Positions 27,165 to 34,670 of a stretch of DNA of 34,670 nt are shown here, piece by piece. How positions within the stretch are numbered: position 1 is the stretch's first letter; the number at the start of each line of letters is the position of its first letter. Origin of the DNA: an uncultured Methanospirillum sp. (GTDB lineage Archaea; Halobacteriota; Methanomicrobia; Methanomicrobiales; Methanospirillaceae); contig CAZEWE010000002.1 in NCBI GenBank assembly GCA_964515765.1, positions 1 through 34,670 on the forward strand, given 5' to 3'. The notes under the pieces were generated by a model. It ran no database searches, was not told the origin of the DNA, and saw nothing but the letters and a program-made list of their open reading frames with translations. A program made the translations under genes and the position numbers.

Positions 27165-28716
27165 TTTTTACGAGGGATACATCCACATTTCTTATTTTGA
27201 TAGGATATTCACGTTCAAGGGTCGAACGAAGGACTGATACATTCTGAGCATCCCGATCCCATCCTCCATCATATGAGCGACGGATGACATCCGTACCATA
27301 CTCACCGGTCTTCGGATCATAGGAAAGGATCAGGAGAAGTGCTGCATCTGCACTCCGGTCACGGGCAACGATATCCCCTTCCACATAATCTGGTACTGTT
27401 CCAGGAGGAGAGGAGTCGGCCCCAATCCCTATCTGGCTGAGCGCGATCCGGTTTACTCTTGCTGGATATAAACGTTCAAGCTCGGTTCTATCCGTCCATT
27501 CTGCATTGGTATCTGGCCGGTATCCCCATTCTCCCGTGTAATACCTGTTGATCATATCAGTTGCATACTCATCTGTTGCCGGATCATACCCAAGGACTAC
27601 CAGTACTTCCTGAGTCGAACCAGCTGACCGGGAGATAAGATCGCCAGGTACATAGAGAGGACTTTTACCTGCTGTTGAAGTCTTGGTGCTTCGCGCCTGA
27701 TAGGATGTACCGGGTTTGAAAAGGGAGTCAGACGGAACCGGAAGTTCTGCTGACTTCTGATAGAGCGACTCATACTCCTGCATACTTCCATTCCGGGCAA
27801 GGCCTGGCTGAACCATAAAGTATCCGTCATTTCGTCTGATTAATTCCTCAATCCGGTACTGGTTATCTGGCAGAAGTTCAGAGATGAGCAGGTATGTACC
27901 ATTCTCCTTCCTAAGCAGAACATCACCTATCTTATATCGTGGATCATGGGGGATCAATACCGGTTCCTCGACAACCGGTTCCTCCTCAATAATGACCGGA
28001 AGGGTCAGAGTCTTTACCAATACCTCACGGGAAGATTCGTCCTGGAACAGTGCTGTCACCCTGAATGTGACCTCATTGGTATCAGAAAACGGGTAGAGAT
28101 CATCAATCGGTATTGCCAGGGTCGAATCAGGGAACGTGCCTAATATGCGGGGAGCAGACCCAGGAGAACTGATACTCTGGTTGTTTACGGTTATCTCAAA
28201 TTGCTGAACCTTTTCTAAGCCCGGGCCGCCGGGATTTTTGATGAGTACCAGATCCTCTGTGATATCAATGATAACCGGGATCTCCCCTGATATTGCTGAT
28301 TGTGGGGGGGGATTGAGAACAGGGGGAAGGATCAGGGCGAGAATGACGATTATGGCGAGGATACCAACAATGCCGATGGCGAGGTATGAAACAGGTATTT
28401 CAGAAAGATGGGGAAGGTGAAATGAGGAGAGGTGATCCTTCACACTCTTTTTTATATGCCCATTATTCTTCTCCCGGTTTCTCATGTAGACTTCATTTGA
28501 GGGATCGAGGGTAAGCGCATTGTCAAAGCACACCTCCGCATCCTCATATTTACCCATCCTGGTAAAGACCACTCCAAGGGCATTCCAGGCACGATGATCT
28601 TCTTCTGACGCCTCAACTACCTGCATCAGAAGATCAGATGCTTTTTGTAACTCTCCTCTCCGATATGCATCAACACCGGTTTTATAAATTGTCTGAATCT
28701 CGTCATCATCCACCAT
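27157..28716 (-). CDS. TPR-containing single-pass membrane protein with extracellular pilin-like domain and three C-terminal repeats
   Basis: TPR (AWNALGVV...GKYEDA..CFD.AL.LDP), TM helix, three P.Y..GD repeats; ATG 28716 after GGTG SD. Confidence 0.8.
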   Translation of the reverse strand: MVDDDEIQTIYKTGVDAYRRGELQKASDLLMQVVEASEEDHRAWNALGVVFTRMGKYEDAEVCFDNALTLDPSNEVYMRNREKNNGHIKKSVKDHLSSFHLPHLSEIPVSYLAIGIVGILAIIVILALILPPVLNPPPQSAISGEIPVIIDITEDLVLIKNPGGPGLEKVQQFEITVNNQSISSPGSAPRILGTFPDSTLAIPIDDLYPFSDTNEVTFRVTALFQDESSREVLVKTLTLPVIIEEEPVVEEPVLIPHDPRYKIGDVLLRKENGTYLLISELLPDNQYRIEELIRRNDGYFMVQPGLARNGSMQEYESLYQKSAELPVPSDSLFKPGTSYQARSTKTSTAGKSPLYVPGDLISRSAGSTQEVLVVLGYDPATDEYATDMINRYYTGEWGYRPDTNAEWTDRTELERLYPARVNRIALSQIGIGADSSPPGTVPDYVEGDIVARDRSADAALLLILSYDPKTGEYGTDVIRRSYDGGWDRDAQNVSVLRSTLEREYPIKIRNVDVSLVKIR

Positions 28717-28892
28717 GAGACACACCTGACCCCGAATCAACCATTTCTTATCAGTTATGGTCCTCACACGAAGAAAGGGTATCCCTTCACAGCACTGTTT
28801 GATTATGCTCTGTCATGCCATATGGCCTGAACCGTGACCTGAATAGATGAGCTGACGGGGTTTTGTGAACTGAACAGGGTGTCAGGTGAAGA

Positions 28893-28904
28893 ACCTTTAT
28901 ATTG
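28893..28904 (+). promoter_or_regulatory. Putative TATA box for the propeller-dockerin/cohesin operon
   Basis: acctttatattg in the divergent intergenic region. Confidence 0.45.
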
Positions 28905-28940
28905 ACTTTCCCCGAATATTTCAGAATGGGGGAGAGAATC

Positions 28941-30527
28941 GTGCTGAGGCAATACTCTTTGATACTTTTATGTTTCCTTGCAATACTCCCGATGGCAGTT
29001 TATGGTGCATCACCAGGAGATATTTTGAGAAATCAGGTTTTTGGTCTTCCGGAAGGAGCCGAATGGGGGTATGGCCTTGATACCTCATCTGATGGAAATA
29101 CGACTGTATGTGGGGTTGCATATCCGGATCCATCTATTGACCTGGGACACCTGGGGAATGGCGATGCCTGGGTCATCAGGTTTGATAGGAACGGAACTAT
29201 CCTCTGGGAGAAACTTTTCGGCGGAAATGAAACAGATTATGCATTATCTGTCCGGAATCTCCCGGATGGCGGGGCAGCGGTTATCGGTACCACCGGATCA
29301 TACAACGGGGATGTGACCGGGTACCATGGAAACGGGGATATGTGGTTTATCAATCTCGGACCAGATGGGAATATCCGCGGGGATCGTGCCCTTGGTGGCA
29401 GTCTGACCGATGAAGGATCGGATCTTGTACTGATGCCGGACGGAGGCTATGTCCTATGCGGATATACCATGTCATCAGATGGATTTGCCAGACGACAACT
29501 CGGGGGGGGAGATCTCTGGCTTATCAGACTGGACCGGAATGGAACCGTTCTGTGGCAACAGACCTATGGCGGGAGCAGGCGGGACAGCGGGACCAGTATC
29601 ATCCAGACGAAAGACAATTCCCTCGTAGTCTGTGGGAATACTAACTCAACAGACGGGATGGTTTCAGGGAACCGGACCAGCAGTGATGTCTGGGTGATAA
29701 AGACAGATCTGAACGGGACAGTGATTTGGGAGCGCTCCTTTGGTGGTTCAGGACTTGAATGGGGGCATTCGGTTATCGAACTTACATCAGGAGATCTCAT
29801 GGTTGCGGCAGTCACCGCATCAGGAGATGGTGATGTCGGGAAAAACCATGGAGCAGGGGATGTCTGGCTGATGCGGATTACTCCTGATGGAACCCTCGTT
29901 TGGAAACAGACCTATGGTGGAAGCTTTAGTGACAATGTCTGGAAACTTGAGCCATCACCGGGAGGAGGAGCATACCTGGTTGGTGACAGTTACTCGGTTG
30001 ATGGTCACTTTACCGGCAATCATGGAGAATCAGATCTGCTGATTGCTGAAGTGGATGGTGACGGAAACCTGCTCTGGTACAGACAGATAGGTGGATCATC
30101 TGTTGACCGTGGATCCTGGGTGAAACGCACCAATACCGATACCCTGATGATCACCGGTATGACCGCATCATCAGACGGTGATATATCTGGAGACCATTCA
30201 AGTGGTGATCTCTGGATCCTTGAGGTGGAAGGGAGTAAAGTACAGCCAGTGTCTGATCCTGAACCGCAGCCAGCGGTGACCGTTCCGGTAGAACCTGCAA
30301 TCAGTCCGCTTGGTGGAGATGGCCCGGTTCCGACCGATCCTGACGGTGATGGCAGATATGAGGATATGAACGGAAATGGCGTGATGGACCTGCAGGATCC
30401 AACGGTGTTTTTCACGCATTTCGCCTGGCTGCAGAGTCAGGGATATGTATTAACATTTGATTTTAATGAGAACGGAGCCCTGGATTTGAGCGATGTCCAG
30501 GCATTGTTTACGGAGATTCAATCATGA
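28941..30527 (+). CDS. Secreted 7-repeat beta-propeller protein with C-terminal dockerin-like (double Ca-loop) domain
   Basis: Signal peptide; seven ~58-aa repeats (GG...D...GD.W....D.NG...W); Pro-rich linker; DPDGDGRYEDMNGNG..D..D and FDFNENG.LD.SD; GTG 28941 after GGGGAG (alternative ATG 28926). Confidence 0.8.
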   Translation: MLRQYSLILLCFLAILPMAVYGASPGDILRNQVFGLPEGAEWGYGLDTSSDGNTTVCGVAYPDPSIDLGHLGNGDAWVIRFDRNGTILWEKLFGGNETDYALSVRNLPDGGAAVIGTTGSYNGDVTGYHGNGDMWFINLGPDGNIRGDRALGGSLTDEGSDLVLMPDGGYVLCGYTMSSDGFARRQLGGGDLWLIRLDRNGTVLWQQTYGGSRRDSGTSIIQTKDNSLVVCGNTNSTDGMVSGNRTSSDVWVIKTDLNGTVIWERSFGGSGLEWGHSVIELTSGDLMVAAVTASGDGDVGKNHGAGDVWLMRITPDGTLVWKQTYGGSFSDNVWKLEPSPGGGAYLVGDSYSVDGHFTGNHGESDLLIAEVDGDGNLLWYRQIGGSSVDRGSWVKRTNTDTLMITGMTASSDGDISGDHSSGDLWILEVEGSKVQPVSDPEPQPAVTVPVEPAISPLGGDGPVPTDPDGDGRYEDMNGNGVMDLQDPTVFFTHFAWLQSQGYVLTFDFNENGALDLSDVQALFTEIQS

Positions 30528-31501
30528 AATATTCACCAATATGGTTCATCCTGATTATGCTGACCGGAGTTATCATTTCAGGAGTTCAGGGCGCAACAGT
30601 ATCAGCAGGGTCCGCAACCCTTTCCCCAGGAAATGCAGGGACAGTACATATCATGCTGGACTCAGCTTCAACAGGTATTTCCGGATATCAGATGACCGTG
30701 CAGTCAGACAATGCAGCAGTCGTTTCAGTGACCGGAGTAACGTTTCCTTCCTGGGCAGCCCTTTCAGAGGCAGTGCCTGGTGACGGGGGATCGTATGCTC
30801 TCCGGGCCATTGATCTGAACAGTGGAGTTGAAGCGGGTGCAACAGAGGTCACTCTTGCCACCCTCACAGTTCAGGCTACGGGAAGCGGAACTGCACAGAT
30901 TACCATTCAGAACCTTCAGATCGATGATGATGCAGGAAATCCCCTTCAGGCAGAAGCAAAGAGCGGGACGGTAACGGTATCAGGAGGCGCACCTCCGGCA
31001 GAACCATCCACCCAGGAGATACAGGTCAACCTGCAGACCGGATGGAATCTCTTCAATATCCCCATGCAGCCTGCTGCCGGATTTGAGTATGCAGACATCT
31101 TCAAAAATGTTCAGAGTGCAGGTCATTCAATCCTGACGTACGATGGTTCAGCCGGATGGATAACCATTGGAAAGGGCGACCGGCTCACACCCATGACCGG
31201 ATACTGGATATATACAACCAGTCCGGTCACCATCCCTCTGACCGTCCAGGGAACTCCAACCGGGATGAAAAACCTGAACACGGGATGGAACCTTGCAGGG
31301 ATCAGCGGCACCACGACGCAGTCTGCTGAAACTGCCCTGTCAGGACTCGCATCATGGTCTTATGTTGTCTCCTACGACTCTGCCCGGCAGCAGTACCGTG
31401 ATGCAGGTATAAAAGGCGGACAAAGCCAGATTACCCTTTCACCAGGAGAAGGGTTCTGGATTCATCTTGATGCACCGGGCACGCTCAGCCCAGGAGCATA
31501 A
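30524..31501 (+). CDS. Secreted cohesin-like domain protein with C-terminal duplicated L..GWNL domain
   Basis: Signal peptide; ~130-aa beta-rich domain (GISGYQMTV, VTFPSW, VTLATLTV, IDDDAG); two L.TGWNL...G(Y/F)WI repeats; ATGA overlap with dockerin gene. Confidence 0.72.
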   Translation: MKYSPIWFILIMLTGVIISGVQGATVSAGSATLSPGNAGTVHIMLDSASTGISGYQMTVQSDNAAVVSVTGVTFPSWAALSEAVPGDGGSYALRAIDLNSGVEAGATEVTLATLTVQATGSGTAQITIQNLQIDDDAGNPLQAEAKSGTVTVSGGAPPAEPSTQEIQVNLQTGWNLFNIPMQPAAGFEYADIFKNVQSAGHSILTYDGSAGWITIGKGDRLTPMTGYWIYTTSPVTIPLTVQGTPTGMKNLNTGWNLAGISGTTTQSAETALSGLASWSYVVSYDSARQQYRDAGIKGGQSQITLSPGEGFWIHLDAPGTLSPGA

Positions 31502-31563
31502 AAGAAACCCTATATTTTTATACTCCCTTTTCTTAGGACATATTCAGAATGGAGACCTGGAAC

Positions 31564-32091
31564 ATGAATTACAAAACTGGCGTATGCGTCCTGTTTATTA
31601 TTCTCCTGGCCGCGGGTGTATCGGCAATTCCCCCACTGCCATACGAATTCTATGGGAATGTATCAATCAATGAAACACCCGTCGTGGCAGGAACTATAAT
31701 CATCGCGAAAGTGAACGGAACTGAAGTTGGAAACATCACCACTACTGCTGTCGGTGCGTATGGCGGGGCAGGGACATTTGACCGCCGTCTGGTAGTCAAT
31801 GGAGCTGAGGACCAGATTGGTGAGTACATCACCTTCTGGATTGGGGATAAGCAGGCTGCCCAGAAAGTCAAACTCTATGCAGGCGAGTCACAAAAACTTG
31901 ATCTGACCTTCATCCCGGGAAAAGAGGGAAGCATAGATGCATCAGTCACCCCATCCCAGTCTGGAACCATTGCCAATGTCCCGACCGATGAAGAGACTCC
32001 GGTACCAACAGAGACACAGACAAAGGCACCACTCTTTATCGCCCCGATTGCAGCCGGACTTGCATTATTCATTCTTGGACGCAGGGAATAA
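31564..32091 (+). CDS. Small surface protein with PPLPYEFYG domain, Thr/Pro linker and C-terminal membrane anchor
   Basis: Signal peptide; IPPLPYEFYGNV.I...P..AGT.I.A; TKAPL-hydrophobic-GRRE tail; ATG 31564 after GGAG. Confidence 0.75.
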   Translation: MNYKTGVCVLFIILLAAGVSAIPPLPYEFYGNVSINETPVVAGTIIIAKVNGTEVGNITTTAVGAYGGAGTFDRRLVVNGAEDQIGEYITFWIGDKQAAQKVKLYAGESQKLDLTFIPGKEGSIDASVTPSQSGTIANVPTDEETPVPTETQTKAPLFIAPIAAGLALFILGRRE

Positions 32092-32139
32092 TCCTGCCCC
32101 CCGCTTCTCTTTTATGTGACCGATACATATCTATCTCAT

Positions 32140-33291
32140 ATGCCAGAGGTCACGGTCTATTCAACTCAGAACTGTCCATACTGCCGTCTTGCAAAAGCGT
32201 TTCTTGACAGGAATAATATTCCCTACCGGTCGGTAGATGTGGGAATTGACCGGAAAGCTGCCAAGGAGATGGTTGAACTCTCCGGACAATATGGCGTTCC
32301 GGTTATCGTTGCAGGTGATGAAGTCATTGTCGGGTTTGACACCGACCGGCTCAGGGAACTGTTCACCACCGGAAAAAAGCCGGATATGTTTGATGTCATC
32401 ATTGTCGGGGCAGGCCCTGCAGGTCTGACTGCTGCACTCTACTGTGTCAGGAAGAATCTGAAAACGCTGATAATTTCACCAGACATCGGGGGCCAGGCCC
32501 TTGAGAGCTGGAATATTGAGAATTACATGGGGTACCGGATGATCACCGGTGATGATCTGATGGCGAAGTTTGAAGAGCAGATCCGGGAACTTGAGATTAG
32601 GATTGAACTGGACCAGGTCACCTCTCTTCTTCCGACGAGTGGCGGATTCTCAATCAAAACAGCATCAGATCAGGAGTATAAAGGAAAAACAATAATCCTC
32701 ACCCAGGGTAATAAACCGAGAAAACTTGGAGTAGCCAGGGAAGATGAGTTCATTGGCAGGGGCCTTTCAGTCTGCGCAACATGTGACGGGCCGATCTTTA
32801 AAGAGAAGGTTGTCGGGGTTGTCGGAGGGGGGAACTCAGCGCTTATGACTGCACTTGAGATGAGTGGTATTGCAAAAGAAGTGCATCTTATTGTCCGGAG
32901 CAGTATCCGGGCTGATGCAGTGTATACCTCACAATACGCGCAAAAGCAGAACATCATCACCCATACCGGATATGAGGTGACTGAACTTATTGGAGATGAC
33001 CGGCTTTCGGAAATAGTCATTACAAACCGGGAGACAGGAGATAAGAATAGTCTGAAGCTGGATGGATTATTTACGGAGATCGGTTGGATTCCAAACACGT
33101 CTTTTGTTGAGGGACTGCTCAAGCTGAATGATCAGAAAGAGATTGTAATTGATATCGACTGTCGGACCAGTGCTCCGGGAATCTTTGCCGCAGGGGATGT
33201 AACCTCAATTACAGGAAAGCAGATCATCATTGCCTGTGGGGAAGGAGCAAAGGCAGCCCTTTCAGCGTTTGACTACCTGATGACACGGTAA
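32140..33291 (+). CDS. Glutaredoxin/NrdH-redoxin fused to thioredoxin-disulfide reductase
   Basis: N-terminal CPYC...GVPVI...VGFD; GAGPAG FAD motif, CATCDG active site, GGGNSA, TS.PGIFAAGD. Confidence 0.92.
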   Translation: MPEVTVYSTQNCPYCRLAKAFLDRNNIPYRSVDVGIDRKAAKEMVELSGQYGVPVIVAGDEVIVGFDTDRLRELFTTGKKPDMFDVIIVGAGPAGLTAALYCVRKNLKTLIISPDIGGQALESWNIENYMGYRMITGDDLMAKFEEQIRELEIRIELDQVTSLLPTSGGFSIKTASDQEYKGKTIILTQGNKPRKLGVAREDEFIGRGLSVCATCDGPIFKEKVVGVVGGGNSALMTALEMSGIAKEVHLIVRSSIRADAVYTSQYAQKQNIITHTGYEVTELIGDDRLSEIVITNRETGDKNSLKLDGLFTEIGWIPNTSFVEGLLKLNDQKEIVIDIDCRTSAPGIFAAGDVTSITGKQIIIACGEGAKAALSAFDYLMTR

Positions 33292-34544
33292 CCCGGTGGA
33301 GAGTAGAACCATTCCCATGCAGGGATCACCTGAATTTCTTTTTCCGTGTTTTCCCCGTAGCCAGGAATTGTCCTCTGATTCATGGTGAGAAGAAGTCCTG
33401 TTTCTGCTCCGGTTTTTTCCAGCGCTTCCGTAAGGCCGTTGATTTCCCGGGAAAAATTATCCGGCGTAACCTCATAGCAGACCTGTAATGCAACCATTGA
33501 GTCAGGTTTCCGAGCGATGAAATCACATTCAACTTTGTCCCTGAAATACCAGACCTCATATCCCCTCCGGATGAGCTCGATATACACCTGGTTTTCAAAT
33601 GACTTTCCAATATCCTGTGAAAATTTCAGGGATATGGCATTTCTCATCCCGGAATCTATTGCGTAGATCTTCTTTGCCTGGGTAAACTGCCGTTTTAACG
33701 AGTAATCGTATTTCACACATTCAAACAGGAGATATGCATCTTCAAAATTTCGAATGTAATTTCTGACTGATGTATCACTTTTCAGCCCTGACAGCTGAAC
33801 AAGTGAGTTATACGTATATTCACGGGTGAAATTTGTCATCAGGTAATGAGCAATAATTTTCACCGCACTGACATCACGAATTCCATACCGTGCCACAATG
33901 TCCCGATAAATGATATCCTCATATGTACGGACTACAAATTCTGGTTCCTGGTAGTGGATAAACTCTGGAAATCCACCGTCACTTAAAAATGTTTCAAACT
34001 CTTTCAGAACCAGAGCGAGGTTTTGTGTTGTTTTATTATTGGGATCAATATTTTTCCCGTGGAGAATCTCCCTGAATGAAAAGGGAAATAATTCAATCTT
34101 CACATACCGGCCAGTCAGGTGAGTGCCCAATTCAGAACTGAGGAGATGTGCATTTGAACCAGTGATGAAAATTTTATAGCCATCATCATGAAGTCGCCTG
34201 ACAAAACGCTCCCATCCTGCAATATTCTGGATTTCATCAAAGAAAAAAACATCAGTATTTGGATTTAACTTCAATAGCAACGTAAGGAGCGTCTGAAAGT
34301 CATCATGTGTGAATCTGATAAACCGATCATCATCAAAATTCACATAACTGACGTTTTTATAAAAATCCTTGAATTGTAAGAGCAGGGTCGATTTTCCACA
34401 CCGACGGATTCCGGAGATGATTACTATCCCCTGGTGGGCAGAATATTTTTGAAAATCGATGTCTCTCTGAATTCCGGGATCTTTATTGAAAAACCTGAAT
34501 TGTTGATCCTGTATAGCCTGATCAAGAGAGAAGAGATCGATCAT
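33273..34544 (-). CDS. AAA+ ATP-binding protein with C-terminal DUF4143/PD-(D/E)xK-like region (COG1373-type)
   Basis: GIRRCGKST Walker A, FFDEIQ Walker B, ITGSN, LTGR, GGFPE, KKIY.ID.G, FEN.V, ECDF...QVC. Confidence 0.88.
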   Translation of the reverse strand: MIDLFSLDQAIQDQQFRFFNKDPGIQRDIDFQKYSAHQGIVIISGIRRCGKSTLLLQFKDFYKNVSYVNFDDDRFIRFTHDDFQTLLTLLLKLNPNTDVFFFDEIQNIAGWERFVRRLHDDGYKIFITGSNAHLLSSELGTHLTGRYVKIELFPFSFREILHGKNIDPNNKTTQNLALVLKEFETFLSDGGFPEFIHYQEPEFVVRTYEDIIYRDIVARYGIRDVSAVKIIAHYLMTNFTREYTYNSLVQLSGLKSDTSVRNYIRNFEDAYLLFECVKYDYSLKRQFTQAKKIYAIDSGMRNAISLKFSQDIGKSFENQVYIELIRRGYEVWYFRDKVECDFIARKPDSMVALQVCYEVTPDNFSREINGLTEALEKTGAETGLLLTMNQRTIPGYGENTEKEIQVIPAWEWFYSPPGYRVIR

Positions 34545-34560
34545 CCCATTACTAATGGGA
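34544..34560. promoter_or_regulatory. Perfect 8-bp inverted repeat TCCCATTA-C-TAATGGGA at the ATPase start codon, putative operator
   Basis: Arms 34544-34551 and 34553-34560 are exact reverse complements. Confidence 0.55.
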
Positions 34561-34670
34561 ATTTAATGATGATTATTCTTTTTACTAAACCGATTGAGTG
34601 ACCCATTCAGGATCCTTATAAAATAAAACAATCCGGTTGGTATTTGTCCCAACAGACATGTTATTCACAC

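Noticed and set aside
28825-28880. Recurring CTGAA/CTGAC motifs in the divergent intergenic region
   Set aside because: Short, irregularly spaced and compatible with chance
28941-31501. True cellulosome
   Set aside because: No glycoside hydrolase or CBM recognised and only a single cohesin-like domain
52-33610. Numerous antisense and alternative-frame ORFs in the ORF track (e.g. 902-1366, 10574-11134, 21910-22413, 32670-33122)
   Set aside because: They lie within well-supported genes and show no recognisable motifs; treated as shadow ORFs
33273-34670. IS element or transposase
   Set aside because: No DDE or HUH motifs, terminal inverted repeats or target duplications seen

Overview
Archaeal chromosomal window. 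Gene content and family types point to a Methanomicrobiales methanogen, probably Methanospirillum-like (inference). Bases 1-12.5 kb hold a conserved, tightly packed + strand translation/RNA-processing superoperon: rnp4, yhbY-like, rps19e, PDCD5-like, PP-loop protein, rpl39e, rpl31e, eIF6, rpl18a, pfdA, ftsY, srp54, trmY, pus10, rpl21e, rpoF, DUF655, ksgA and hemK. It is preceded by a CNNM/CBS protein and purN. Bases 12.5-17.1 kb carry phi/hxlB, purH, a DUF3821-type surface protein and an ArsB/NhaD-type transporter whose N-terminus lacks a canonical start codon. Bases 17.2-23.2 kb form a signalling cluster of two hybrid histidine kinases, three paralogous CheY-like receivers and a DUF2178/XRE pair. 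Bases 23.3-32.1 kb are a cell-surface cluster: PKD protein, secreted M13 metallopeptidase, Ig-like protein, TPR-TM-pilin-like-3x-repeat protein, and three genes encoding a 7-repeat beta-propeller with a dockerin-like tail, a cohesin-like adaptor and a membrane-anchored protein. That last trio is the best candidate for an undescribed, cellulosome-like archaeal surface-display system. The window ends with a glutaredoxin-thioredoxin reductase fusion and an AT-richer AAA/DUF4143-type ATPase with a perfect palindrome at its start. No rRNA, tRNA, CRISPR array or IS element was recognised. All family assignments come from motif recognition by eye, not database searches.
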